64,000 nucleotides of DNA from Trichosphaerium sp. ATCC 40318 (Eukaryota > Protista > Tubulinea), in assembly GCA_038496445.1 (NCBI GenBank), contig JALMLS010000527.1, positions 1-64,000 of the forward strand, given 5' to 3'. A model generated the notes under the pieces. It ran no database searches and was not told the DNA's origin. It was given only the letters and a program-made list of their open reading frames with translations. Of this stretch, positions 25,905 through 39,702 are shown piece by piece (position 1 is the stretch's first letter; every line of letters starts with the position of its first letter). The translations under genes and the position numbers were made by a program.

Positions 25905-26215
25905 AAAATGATATACCTTTGTAATGCAATTGTAGAGTAGTTGAATAAAAAATGTACAATAGTGATTGTAATTTTATTGTTACTAACAAGGTTTGACTTA
26001 ACTCTTCCGGGATAATCCTTGTTTTATTTCGCGTAAAGAAATCTGTACTGGTGTTCACACACATTGACCTTGCGATTGTGTAAAACGAGGGTCCATACTA
26101 TTGGTAATCGTGATGGCTTAACAGACAACTTTTCGTTAACTGAATATCAGTAAAACTTAAGGTTATCATCCAACTTCACCAAGTTTTGAGGGAAAATACT
26201 GATATTCTGTACGAT

Positions 26216-26900
26216 ATGGAAAATAATAAGGTATTCCACATAAATAAAACACACAATTATAATTGACAAAAAGTAGAACCAATCAGATGTTTGCTATCTT
26301 ATGGACATTCCAGTGGAATTACAGCTCGATATCATTGATTTAGACCCTAAATTGTATTTAAAGTGGCCGCTTCTATCCAAACAAGCGGCAATGGTAACAA
26401 GGTTTGATGAAGAGTTGAAGAAACACGGGAAATGGGTTAAATACTACATAAGCCAGTATTTTTCTAAAAAAATATACATCTTGTGCCAAGAGCATTGGGT
26501 CCATGGTGTGATGAATGGAGAACATAAAAAGTGGTATGATACTGGCCAATTACTTGAAGTATCTAATTTCATCGATGGTAACGTCTACGGAGAGTACAAG
26601 AAATGGCATTTAAATGGATACCAGAGTATAGCATGCACTTTCATTGACAATAAAATGGAAGGAGTTTACAAGCAGTGGCACCATAATGGCGTACTAGAGA
26701 TGGAATGTTATTTTGTTAATAATAAACTGAATGGAGAATGTAAGAAATGGTGCATCAATGGTAAGTTAGTAGAGCAATGTCATTATGTAAATGGAAAGAA
26801 ACATGGCTTATGTAAGACATGGGTTCAAAACGGGACTGTCAGACATGAAGAACAATACACATATATGCATGGTAATCAGAAAACGTGTAATATCACGTGA
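26216..26900 (+). CDS. F-box-like + MORN-variant repeat protein, copy 2 (solo)
   Basis: Exon 1 MENNK, phase-0 intron 26231-26276, in frame with MDIPVELQLDIIDLDPKLYLKWPLLSK; GExKKWxxNG repeats. Confidence 0.85.
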
Positions 26901-27010
26901 TCATCTTCTAAAATAAAGATATCAAGGTCTATTCTATTAGAACAATTTCTTGCAGAGCGTATGGAAAGTCAGTACGCTGCGCCTTTCTTTTTTTTTCGCA
27001 AAGAAATATA

Positions 27011-30000
27011 TTACACCTTGGCGTGGCGGTGGATTCTGGCTTTATGCTTGAACTCATCGGTGCTTCCGAGGACGAAGAACAAATATGGCATAAATGCCAC
27101 AAAGAGGTACACTGATCCCATAGGAAGTACTACGAGAAGAATCGTAGAAGGAGCTAGACAGTACAAACAATAAGTTGCAATAAACGTGACCTATGGTAAG
27201 TTTTTGTAACTTCTTTCATTGCTTAAACCAGACAAAAGTACTGTCATTTTGTCCATGGCTGAGGATGGTTGTTCACGTAAAAGAACTTCGAATAGGAATA
27301 TAAATTGCTAAATTGTTCAGAGTACTTTTTTTTATTTCAGAAATATTTTCAACGATTGCACTACGTGCAGTTGGTTACAAAATCAAAAATAGGTATTTTT
27401 TAAAAGATGTAATTACTGAATCTTCTTTCCAGCAAGTGTCATGTAGGAAACTCTCTTCTTAAAAAAGTCTTCACGAGCCAATTTCCTATTGAAAAAAAAA
27501 TGGTTAGAAATCGCATTATGTAGCACTAAACTCGTTTAAGTATTAACAATAAACTTACTTGAGATCGTGTCCTGGTGCATCAGGGATTAATACACCAATA
27601 CCCCAACGTAACAAGAACAAAATATTCTACAAAACAAAATAAGTCACAATCAAACAAAAACAAAAAAAAACCAAAAAAACAGAACGCTTTGACTTGCAAC
27701 AAAAAAGAAATACTAGTATTAGCTATCTAACTGTCTAGTAGTAATACCTCATAAAGTAAAGCAGCAACAAGTGCGTTCTTTCCTGTCACACCAGACGTGA
27801 AAGCTAGGAAAAGTATGTTAACAACATAAGCCTTTAAAAAAAGTGAGAAAAGAAAAAGAGTTTACCGATAAGACCCATGTTTGTAACGACAGCAACGAAA
27901 CCCATTACTTCTAATACATTTTGCCATGTACCTATATCCTTTGCACCTTCGTACATTGGACGCTTTGTAGATGCCAGAAAGGTGTAAGCATCAGTTCTAA
28001 TCTCCCACTAATTTCATAGTTAGTTAATTAGCTACAAGTTCTGTCTTATCGTACAAGGTTACTAACAAGCGCAGCAAGAGGAGCTAGAGGGAAGGCAGCA
28101 GCAAAGAGAGTGACATAACCAAACTATAAAACAAAATTAAGAGGTTGTAAACCAATGTTGGGATGAAAAAAAACGAGCTGTTAACATACCTCTATGACCT
28201 TTTCATTGTACTGATCGAGAGTACCGTAGTTATCTGCAAGGTTACGTTGCTTTTTCAAAGTGCTAATACCATGATAAGTTGATATTCATGAAAGTTACTG
28301 TAGTAGCTGAAACAGTAATAGAAAAAAAAGGTTTCCTAGTTTTTTTTTGTTGTTTTCATTGCTTAAAAGCTTACTTGTAGAGTGCGCTCTCTGTATCTTC
28401 TAGATAGCTCTTTTTCTTGAACCACTTACTAAAGTTACTTGTAATGAATGGCGTCAATACTTCCAATAAGTTGGTAAAGCAAATACGCGTCAAGAAAATT
28501 GAAGCTACGCAAAAGTTAGGTTAGATTTCCATTTGGACAAAAAAACCACTGGTTCGTACCTAGTGCTAATGCGAGCTCTGTGAAACAATCTGGTGTACAT
28601 ACTTGAGTGTGCTTGTATCCCAAGAACTCCCATTTGAAGTTTTTAAGGAAGGCAACATAAAATAACCAGAAGTATGCGTTGACGAATTGCAAGACGAAAT
28701 ACTTTACAATCTAGAAAGAAAAAAAAAGTTAGCAACTGAAACTTGTCAAGCGTCTGTCTGTTAAATGTTTTGAACAGGCCAAATGCGTACCAAGCTATCT
28801 TCGTAATCAGTATCTGTTCTGTGGTTTTCCCAGTCATTAAGGCGTTTGGCAAGGTTCTTAAATATACCCTCTACAATGACAAGTACAACACCGTAAATCT
28901 GTTTTGTTGAAAAGAAAATTAGTTCGTTGTCAGACATCTAGCTAGAGCTATTGTGATTAAACGTACTATATTACCAGCCATAGATCCCCAAACATAAACT
29001 TGGAGTGTCTCGTAAAGTAGAATCAAACCAAAATTAGCTAGTAAGAGAAGAGCAATCTAGGAATCCAAAAGTTAAAAAAAAAAAAGAGATGTCGATTGTT
29101 TACCATTAATACGATTGCTGGACCAATAACAAAAATAGCTTTGAGGTATCTAGAGCGTCCTGTTGGTAAAATAATTAGTACTAATCACTTAGATAATATA
29201 AAGGAACAGAAGGCAAAACACTGTTGTAGGAAGAAGTACTGTACCGGTAGAATAAAAGTTAACAATATTGGATAAATCAGGATCAGGATTTTTAGACAGA
29301 TCTATCCATTGACCTTTCCAGTAACGTCCGTTTGATCTTACACCAACAAAGTCAGGTCTTTGTCTTTCCTAGAACGAGACATTAAAAATACAATTCTTTC
29401 GGCTTGTTCACGTACTTTTTCTTCAAACGCAGTTGCATGCCATCTAATCATAAGACTCTATTTTAGCTTGTTAGCTACACTTAAACAGCCCTACAAAATG
29501 GTGGTTATAGTGTACCATTTCTTTACGCTTCCAGAACTCTGTGAACAGAGTAGCCCAGAGTGAAATATAAACAGCATACGCTTCAGAAAATTAGGAAAAA
29601 TGATACCAGAAAAAACAATTCAAAATGTGTGTACCAATTGCCGCCCAACTATCGAACCCAATCTTTAACTCAATCTACGCAAAAGTGTCAGTAATCGAGA
29701 CCGAAATTTACAAAATGGGCATACCAAGAATACGATAATACCAACAGCACTTGCATACCATAACCAAGTTGTCTCAAAACCTATTAACAAACAGAGTAAG
29801 TCTTTTTAGTTTTGGGCAACTCTGTAAGACAGTGTCGTACCCAACCAAGCGAAGTACAAGGCTAGCTTTTCTCCAAAATAGTAACGAATGTTGTCTAGAG
29901 GCTGCTCAGAGCAGCAGTGTTTCGCCCAAGATTTTTGTAGTTTGTGAACTTTATCCTTCTCGTGAAGAGGGAAGAAAGAGCTGATAGCTCCTCTAAGAAT

Positions 30001-30898
30001 AAAACTACGGATGTCTAAACGAAAAAAATAAGTCTTCGAGAAGTCGAGTCTACAAAAATTAAATGTAAGTGCTCACTGATATCAGCACCGCCTACTGTCT
30101 CAGGTGCTTGAACTAAATGTTGAATGATATGAATTCTCTGAGATGTTCTGAATACTTCTCCATTGTTGTAGAGAGCAAATATATCACTTTGATCTCTTGA
30201 GTAAGGCAAGTTACCACCGCCATATTCTTTCTAGAGAATAACGAATATCAGCTACGCGTTCTTGTTTAAAAAGTGCCCAAAAAAGGGTTACCTTGATTCG
30301 CTTCTCTAGGCTCATGTGCTCAGCGTGTTCTTCGAGAACATCGCTATCTGCAGTAACCAAGTAGTAATCTTCCATGACGCCAGGTGGCGTGTCGATTTTA
30401 AGAAGCTTGACATACGTCAGTTTTTATTTACGTTTTACCGAAAAAAAGAAAACCAAAGAGTTGACGTACGCGGAGTCCAATGTCTTTCATACGCTTCAAA
30501 ATATCTCTTTGCGCCTTCTGGGTATCTCTAATCTTTTGAAGAGCCTTATCATTACTTCTACCCAGCCAATCCTTCGCGCGAGAAACTGTCTTACGTGGTA
30601 GTACTAACAGGAATTCTGCGGTTGGTTCTGGATCGTCTCCGCATAAAACGTCGAACTTCTAAGGCGAGTACAATAAATACGTCGGAGTTTGCGTTAATTT
30701 GTGCGTACGCCATCATCTTCGTCCGATGACTCTTCTTTGGTAGCGTCATACCCTTCTTTGTCAGATGATAGAAGAGGCTAATCGCAATTAGTACATATAC
30801 ATAGGCTATGTAAGGAGACGCTTGCAGACCTCATTTAGTTTTACCAATTCTTCTCCTTCAGAGCTTACCTCGTCTTCGGCAGCGTTACCCACTTGCAT
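27011..30898 (-). CDS. Anoctamin/TMEM16 family scramblase or channel
   Basis: LDNIRYYFGEKASLYFAWLG, LFTEFWKRK, DQYNEKVIEFGYVTLFAAAFPLAPL, EIRTDA, DIGTWQNVLE across many exons; ends approximate. Confidence 0.92.
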
Positions 30899-30982
30899 TG
30901 TGGAGATGCTCACACTATTAAAGGTGTCTAAGTAAGCAAGTTTGACTTTTTAAGAATGGTACATATTTTCTAGAATAAGTAA

Positions 30983-33452
30983 ATGGCTGACAGTCCTCAA
31001 CACGCGACGAAGAGGCTACAAAATGAATTTTCTTCGTTTCGCTCTGTTCGTTTAACGTATTCAATGTAAATATAGCTCATGAAAGCTTATTAGGGGTCAG
31101 GTTACGAATGCTACTTAGTTGATAATGATTTAACACATTGGAATGTAAAACTATTCAATAAGTTCAATGGCAGCGCCTTAGAACTTGATTTATTTTGTTA
31201 TAGCCAATTCTTCGATGTAGTACGTCAAATGACAAGTATTACGCCAATTCTAACCAATAAAATAGAATTACATCTTGCTTGACTTGCAATTCCCTCAAGA
31301 CTACCCTCATTCGCCACCAAAGGTACTACATTGCTACAAATAACCCTTGTAAGCAATCCAAGAAAAAAAAACCGTCTGAAAAACGTTTTTTCAAAGGTCA
31401 GAGTATTGTATCCGCGATTTCAGCCAGGAACAGGTTAGTACGTTATTATTTTAAACTACTTACTCTTTTCAGGAAATGTACGTTAGCAATACAAAGCTTT
31501 CACATGTGTGACTACGCAACAGGTAACTCTTGGGGGAGTTGTAAAATGTGCCATTGTAGAAAACAATAATTGGACACCAGGTACGCTATTTTTTTCTTGA
31601 ATTTTTTTTATAAGTCTTACCTTGTAAACAGTGAACACCGCATGGTCCCTTTTGCCTGATATAAAGTCTTGTTTTATTACCGGCAATGGTAGATTGGTTA
31701 TGCATCGTTCGTTTTACACAGCAGAAGAAGCACAATCGAGTACAGAAGGGTGAGATTTTAACTACTTTGATTTTTGTATAACACAACTTTAACTGGTTCA
31801 GGTTTTATGAAAGTTATAATACAGAACCGTCTATACTCCCTGGGAAAAGTGCGTTCATTTGCTATTATACTGACCGAAAACTTAATAAATTAGTTCTACT
31901 CCCACCTTCAGCTCTACAAAAAATCGCAAACTTAAAGGATGTGACATATCCACTAATTTTTGAAATATCAGACGTAGCACACGCACGTGTAACTCATTTG
32001 GGTAAACCATTTAAATTACACCAAATACATCATGTATCAACGAAATTCCATAGGTGTTTTGGAATTTGAAGCGTCTGAAGGTGTTGTAGGACTACCTGCT
32101 TGGGTAAGTAATTTTAAGGGTTTTTTTGCACAATTTTTTAAATGTAGTGTAGTGCTTGAAGACTCTTGGAATGAATATTGGCGAAAAAGTTAATATAAGA
32201 CTTGTTTCTCTACCTAAAGGAACTTATGTAAAACTACGTGTTGCTGAGCCAGAATTCTTCACGCTTAATGACAACCCGAAAATAATGTACGTTATGTAAA
32301 AACAAAAACTTCACTATAGTTTGAATTAACCGGTTTCAAATAAGTCTTGAATCAGAGCTTCGTAAATTTGCTGCGTTGACAATTGGTGATGTTATTGAAG
32401 TTGACCATGAAGGAAATAGATATACTGTTGAGGTTCTAGAGACCCAACCTGCTCCTTCGATGGATATACACGAGTCAGATATTTTATTGGACTTGGAAGG
32501 TGATATGTCAACTGATGTAATTGATAAGTTACAAAAAGAAGCAACAGACCAAGTCCTCACTGAAGATAAAGGTTCTATTACTGACAAAAACATTGAAGAA
32601 TCAAGTAAGCCAGAAGAACCCAGCGAAGATATTGATGGAACGGAATGTACTAACTGGTACGAATTGATGAGGATTGCTTTTCTTTTTAGTAACATTGTTG
32701 TTAAATTTTATGCTAGTGGTAAGATTGTACCAAAAGCTTCATACCAGCGTCATACAATATTCTGCGAACGTAATAATGTGGTTTGCGATAAATGCGGTAA
32801 AGTAGTCAACAAGGCTAAACTAAAAGAACACAACGAAGAATATCACGTGGAGGTACCAAACTTTCTGTTTTGAAAAACTTTATTAAACAACAGAGCTCAT
32901 ATGAGTTGAGACAATTTTTTCTTTCGCATCAGCTAAAGAAGTAAATTCTAAGGTACCTTGTGGAAAATGTGGAAAGAAAATAGAAAAATATAAATTGGAG
33001 TATCATACTAAGAGGGAATGTCGTAAGAAGCTTGTAAGATGCAAATACTGTAAAGTTACAAAACCTTTATGCGAGATGAAAGCACATTTAAATTATTGTG
33101 GATCCAGGACAGAAGAATGTCAAATATGCAAAAAGAGGATAATGCTGAGAGGTAACAGTATTTTCTTATTTTTTTCTTCTTTCTTTTTCACAAACCGAAA
33201 GAGCCTTGTTTTTAAAAAGAATTGAACCAGAAGTGCAGTTACCATTTTTATGCTATTGACCAAAAATTCAACGAAACTTGACACAGACAATGGTTTTTTT
33301 GGAATAAACTTTTTTTTTGACTCTTCTCTTTAGATATGACAAAACACACTGCTTCTTGTACTGTGGCTTCAACAAACCCGCCAAATGAACCAAGGCAAGG
33401 GTGGTTCGTTTCAATGATAAAAAAGACTTTCATGGGCGAGAGGACTACGTGA
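30983..33452 (+). CDS. Fusion of UBE2Q-like E2/UBC domain, UFD1 domain and TRAF/XAF1-type zinc fingers
   Basis: ATKRLQNEF..DNDLTHWNVKL..YILLDLQFPQDYPHSPPKVRVLYPRF..GNVTLGG; then GKILLPPSAL, THLGVLEFEASEG, LPKGTYVKL, LESELRKFAALTIGD; then CxxC..H..C fingers and CGSRTEEC. Confidence 0.8.
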
Positions 33453-33658
33453 AAACAAAGAACCACATAATAATACCCAAACTGTAAAAAATACCCTAAT
33501 GTACAAAGTCGTTTCAAACTACGAAACAGAAATAATAAAGATATTGATACGTAATACAGTCGTTTGTAACGACTATAACCTTGCAATGGCTGGCACTTGA
33601 ACATGTGACTATGCTGGCAACAAGTACTTTGTTTTTAAAAAAAAGCAAAAAGGTCAAT

Positions 33659-34886
33659 TTATTTAAGGTGTAACAATACGTTAGATCCACCTTTTTGAGA
33701 AGGAAGGTACGTGATATTTTTTGCTTTTGCTAGTGTTTCTAAGTACATACGTAAGAGAGTTTAAACCAAAATATCAAATCAAAAATGAACCAAGTACAAA
33801 AAAAGGTAAAACAAAAAAACCTGGTTAACTTTACCTGCGATTTCTCTGGCTGCCTCTATCCGTCTTAGTTCAACGAGTGCAGGACCACATTTCTTTGTCG
33901 CCTCAGTGATAAGTCTAGCAGCTTCACTCTCTCCTTCAGCTTTAATAATAGCCTAAAGTCTCTTTTTTAGCTTCAAAAAAAATAAAATATGACAATTATC
34001 ACTTACAGCTTGACGCTCTTGTTCAGACCTCTCAACATCAAATTTTGCTTTCTCTGCTTTTTGTTGCTCAACTAGTTTCATCTCAATTGCTTTTGTAAAT
34101 TGGTCAGTAAACGCAACACCAGTCTAAAAATCACGTGAGCATGAAGAACAAAAATGCAAGATTGTACAATAGAGACATCATCCAATAGAATGTTGAACCT
34201 TTTAGCTCTGTCTTTGAATGCTTCTCTGATCTCTCTTGATACAGCTTCTCTTTGTGTAATAAGCTCAGTAGCGTCATACTGTGCCATGACGGCCTTTGAC
34301 ACTTCTCTGCCAAGAGGTAGGACCTGTATACAGTCAAAAAAATAATGGCAACGGTTGTATCGAAAAACTTTTCAAAAAACGCACTCTTTCTGCAAAATCA
34401 CTACCAATGTCACTGTAAAGAGCAGGTAGGAACTTGATATCAGGTCGATAGAGTACTCTCATATTGACTTTGACGGTTTGGGCGTCTGTACAACAAAACA
34501 ATTACTTGGTGGGTTTTTGGCGATTGAAATTAACGTACCCTTTGTTTGCGTCTCAGATCGCATGGACTTAGGTGTAGCGCGAACGTCTATAAGAATTGGT
34601 CGTTGTAACAATGGTATGTAGAAATGAAGCCTCTCATTCTTGACATCCTCTGCAACACCCTTGTCTCCAAGGAATGGTAAGGCCAATTCATTAAAGATGA
34701 GGCCACGGTAGCCAGGTGGTACTATATTGCGGTATAAGCAATAACACACGTTAAATTGACGTAATTTAGTACTTTCTGTACTACCTACGTACCTGTGTAC
34801 GAGCAAGCTTTGAATGCTAGTCCAGCGAACGATATAGCGCCTATAGCTACTCCAACGGCTCTTCCGAAGCTGTTAACTAACGCCAT
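33659..34886 (-). CDS. PHB1: Prohibitin
   Basis: [54 protein letters not shown]. Confidence 0.93.
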
Positions 34887-35014
34887 GAGTATGAACTTAC
34901 TTGTGTAAGGTTGACTTACGATGTAACTTAAAAAGACCTTTTCGTTGGCGCTACTGGTCCATCATAAGAGTAACCAACTTACTTTGGAGGCCTTCGGCGA
35001 ATATAAACAATAAA

Positions 35015-36220
35015 ATGGCGTCAAACAACACAAGTTCTCTAAGCAGTTACTACGCTCAAGAGACGCGCGTTTCTAAGTATTGGAGAGGTATTAGGCTTAT
35101 AATTACATTATCCTCACAAAAGGTGTAGATAAATACGAGAAAGACGCTGCAAAATACTGGGATAAGTAAGGAATGCTTTCTTCCATGTTTACCAGCGTTA
35201 TTAAATCTAAAAAGGTTTTATCGTAACAACCAAGATAATTTCTTCAAAGATAGGCATTGGATAATGAGGGAGTTTTCTGAGGTGCGAAACTAATAATAAT
35301 TGAAGCAAACGTACGTTTCAGAAATGGTAATAACGTAGCTCTGTTATTTAGCTGAAAGAAGGATCAAACACAAAACTTGTTGAGGTTGGTTGTGGTGTTG
35401 GTAATACAATTTTTCCCTTAGTAGATGCACTATCGGATATTGCATATATCTATGGTGTTGATTTTTCAAAAAAAGCAATTGACATCGTTAAGGTAAGTCA
35501 GAAAATGACATGTGTCAAAAGTCAATGAAAACAATCAGATTTTTAATTTGACTCTTTTTTGCCTTAGGCTAATCCTAATTACAATGAAGAGAAGTCATGT
35601 AAAGCGTTTGTCTGTGATATTTCTAGAGACCCTTTGCCTGAAGAAATAGGATCAGAGGGGAACAAGATAGATTTTGTGCGCATTTTGTCTGTTAATTGCT
35701 GGGTTTTCTCGCTTTGTTTCTACAATATTGATGAACGGTATCTAGGCACTTTTAATATTCATGCTAAGCGCTGTTTCACCTGAACGAATGCCAACAGTAT
35801 TACAACACATACATAAAGGTAAAGTGAACATCAGTTGGTATGGTGTGTTAAAAAATTATCTTCAGTTTTAAAGCCAGGAGGTGTTGTAATGTTTCGTGAT
35901 TATGGAGTCGGAGACATGGCACAGACACGTTTTGAAAAAAAGAAACAGACAAATGAATTAAGCGAGAATTTCTATGTAAGAGGTGATGGAACAAGGGCAT
36001 ACTTCTTTTCAACAGGTAACAAACAAGCTAAACATTTTGGATTGGTTTTTGACAGTTTTCCTCTTTTTTAGATGAATTAAATACTCTATTCACTTCAAAT
36101 GGGTTTGAAGTATTAGAATGTGATTACGTTAAGCGTGACGTTGAAAACAAAAAGTTGGAGACAAAAATGCACCGTGTTTGGCTACAAGCTAAATATAAAA
36201 AGGCTACTACCAATGAATGA
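35015..36220 (+). CDS. tRNA m3C methyltransferase, METTL2/METTL6/Trm140 family
   Basis: [59 protein letters not shown]. Confidence 0.93.
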
Positions 36221-36362
36221 AACGACGACTATTGAGCAAGGGCGTGTAAATAATATAAACTGAATAAGTGAGATTTGATAGACCTTTTTCGCGGTTTTGT
36301 GAAATTGTATGAAAATTCGATAAGTCTTCGTTATTCTTATGTAGTTTTGTTTAAACTGCACC

Positions 36363-38715
36363 ATGGCCGAAAGGGAGGACGGAGAAGTATCTGATGACGG
36401 AGAATCCGTTCAATTAGAGTTACTCGGCATACTAGATGATACACCTACCAAGGCATTGCCCCTCTTTCACCTTTACGTATTTATGGTAGAAATTAGAAGC
36501 GTAAACACGAAGGCGACGATGAACGCGATGCAAAGAAGAGTAAAACAGGCCATGTACCTCTAAAGAAGCGTACACTAGAAAACTACGAAGAGTACTAGCT
36601 TCTTGGCCCTTTTTGCGTATTAACGACTCAAAAAAAAGGGGAAAAGAAATAAGCGCTGGTGATCTGCACTCCGACTCTGAGTCTGTATCATTCTCTGAGG
36701 AGGAAGACTCGCTAAGCGAATATGATGAAATTACTATGTATAAAGATGACGAAGATAGGCGCCAGTACGCTTAGTTGTCATGTACTGGCGTTTTAAATTT
36801 ATTTTTATTAAAGGTTAGAATTACTACCTCAAATGGAGCGCGAAAGTATTCTTTTCGATCGTAGAGAACGTCTAGCGCGAAGAAGAACACTAGCAAAGCT
36901 AAGTGACAAAAAAGGCCGCAAACAGCAATCAAGGACTAGAACAGCTGCAACGCGTAGAAAACGTAATTAAATTGTATCCCAGTTAATATAAATGACATAT
37001 AAATAGGTGATAAGGATCAGAAGCACAAACGGGCTGCTCTGGCAGAAATGGCACTGAAAAGGAACCAAAGCAAATCGCGTCCTGCTCCTGAACTACGTAA
37101 CTCACCGCCTGAACCTCAAGAAGACAAAAGCAACGATAGAGACAGAGATAGATCATGGGACAGGTCTTATGAGAGGTCAGATAGACAATATGAAAGGCAA
37201 TACGATAGACAATATGATAGACAATATGAAAGGCGTATAAGTATGAATTCTGACGCTTCTGATGAGTACAACGATAATGGTAATTTTTTTTTCCTTTTGA
37301 CAATCTCAATTGTATTTTTCTTTGTTTGATTGAAGTGTTGTTTGGAGTCTTATAATTTTTGTGTATAGCTGATAGTCAGGGTGGCACCACGTTGAAGGAT
37401 ATTGCGCCTATAGTAGTTAGTCGTACACAACTCGCAAAGTGGGTTGGTGAGCCATATTGGAAGGATGTTATAACTGGATTGTATGTTAGGATTGGCGTTG
37501 GGAGAAGAAATAAAGACAGTGTTTACCGTCTTGCTGAGATTCAGGTACGAGAGATTTATTACCTTTCAATTTATTAATACAGCGCATAGGGAGAAAGAAC
37601 TGTGGATAAACACTATCGATTACCAGGAACTGGTAAATCAACAAACGTTGAACTTGAATTGAAAATTGCCAATTCAAGAAAATTCTTCAAGATTCTTTAT
37701 GTTAGTAATAGCCCGCTCACTGATGCAGAATTTAATGAATTTCAACTCGAAATGAAAAGAAAGAACCTAGAGAATGAGATTCCAAGTAAATCAAAGATAG
37801 AGAGAAGAATGAAACAGGTCAAGAAGGCAGAAAACTTTGTCTATACAGATGTACGCTCTTGAACAAAGGGTTTTTTTTTTCAATTATTATCACGTGCTCA
37901 CGTGTCTAAAACAATTTTAGGATGTTATAAATAGTATGATTAAAGCACATACATCTACACCACAACCAAGAAACTTAGTTCGTGAGAAACAGGTACGCTT
38001 TAAACGAGAATCATTCTGGAAACTCAAACTGTTTATCTCTAACTTTGTTTTGTGGAAAAGTCATTGGAGTTAAAATTGGGTGTTGCTATGGAAACAAATG
38101 ATGAAGAAAATATACGTATTATACGATCTAAGCTTGCTGAAATCGAAAAATACGATGAAGAGCAACGTCAGAGAGTCAGAGATAAGAATCGCACTTTAAA
38201 CAAACTGAATAGACGTAACAGAGATATAAACTTTGCAAAACTATTCCAAGAACCTACACAAATACGATCATCAAAACCTGGTACGTTGTAACAAATACTT
38301 AAGCGAGAAAAATTAATCAATCGTTTTTATCAACTATTTTTGTCTTAACGGTTTAAACTATTTTTGTGTTTTCTCTAACAGTTTAAAAGGTGAGCTTGAT
38401 CCCTTTGCAAGACGTTCTACAAAACCTCAACATTGGATGGCACGGGCAGATCAAGAGGATAAGGATGAGAAGGATGAGGTTGAAGATGAAGTAGAGGCCA
38501 TCGCTGATTCGCCTGTTATACGAAAAGTAACTAATAAGTTCGCTGCTGTTAAAGAGAGTATAAGTTTGAATTTATCTTTGGAGGATGCGAACAAGGCAAA
38601 ATCTTCATCAAAGGTTTCTCTTTCATTAAAACCTAGAGTACAAACACAGCCATCTAATACTGCGAAAAAGAAGCTCAGCCTTGCTGATTATTTGAAAAAA
38701 AAGAAAGGAATGTAA
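36363..38715 (+). CDS. RTF1: RTF1 (PAF1 complex, Plus3 domain)
   Basis: YKDDEDR..LPQMERESIL, Plus3 SRTQLAKW..GLYVRIGVG..VYRLAEI, VSNSPLTDAEF, DPFARRST. Confidence 0.9.
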
Positions 38716-38786
38716 ATAAAATGAAATAAATAGGTTGTAATAATGGGTCCAGATAAAGAACAGATAAAGGCTTTTATTTAATCAAG

Positions 38787-39149
38787 TTACGCGACAGTAA
38801 GATGTTTTTTACCCAAGTCTTCCCACTCATCTCCTGTGTTATCAGTAACGGTTCCTACAATACCGACTTTTAAAGCTACTTTATATACTAACTCATCATG
38901 AGCTTTTCGACATCCTCCTCTTCCTGATAGAAAGGCTCCAGCATTGTTATTGCTCGTTCCACTTATGTTACACATCCGCGAATGAACAACTTTTGAATCC
39001 AGGATAATACAGTCTTTGTAATCCTCGTACGCCTTTTTCTTTGCTTCGTCTATTGCCCATCCTTCCATTCTTTCCTTGCTTTTATGGTTTACTCCATCGC
39101 ATACAATTGTTCCCTGTTTCCTTACAATAATAGCCGTGTAATGTGACAT
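38787..39149 (-). CDS. Intronless ~120-aa hypothetical protein
   Basis: Open frame MSHYTAIIV..., protein-like composition, AATAAA just after the stop; no recognised family. Confidence 0.55.
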   Translation of the reverse strand: MSHYTAIIVRKQGTIVCDGVNHKSKERMEGWAIDEAKKKAYEDYKDCIILDSKVVHSRMCNISGTSNNNAGAFLSGRGGCRKAHDELVYKVALKVGIVGTVTDNTGDEWEDLGKKHLTVA

Positions 39150-39702
39150 GAGTTGCGTATGTTGTTTAATGTAGAGAATCTGCGAGTTCCTTTGTCTACG
39201 GTACCAGAGGAACTTGTGTGTCATTCAATGAATTTTCAGCGTTACTTTATTGGCTGTAAGTGGAACTACATACGTATGGTATCATACGATGGACAAAAGT
39301 AGTTGAAATATCAACAACTTTTCATTTACTTTCCGCGGGTTTTAACGGTTCTGAGATTTTTCTGGCTACTCCTTTATGTCTATTAGGCAATCTTTTGTAC
39401 TTAATTTTACTACGCGTTGTGTCTTATTAATAATAAACTAGCACGTGATTGTTTGCAGTCAATCTTCCTACATGTTTTTCTCTAGTTTTCTGCATCAAGT
39501 GCATCGCTTGGAATATCATTTTTCTATCTGTTGTACGAGGCTTGCGCCAATAAATTTTGCAGGGTTTTAGTAGTGCCGTTAGATTTTATAATGCTGTTTT
39601 CTTGACATTGTTTGACAAGTGGAATTATGTCTTTGTAGACTTCTTTTAATAGCACCATATCACGTAGTTATAACGTGATCTTTTATTGTTAGTTTGGTAG
39701 TG

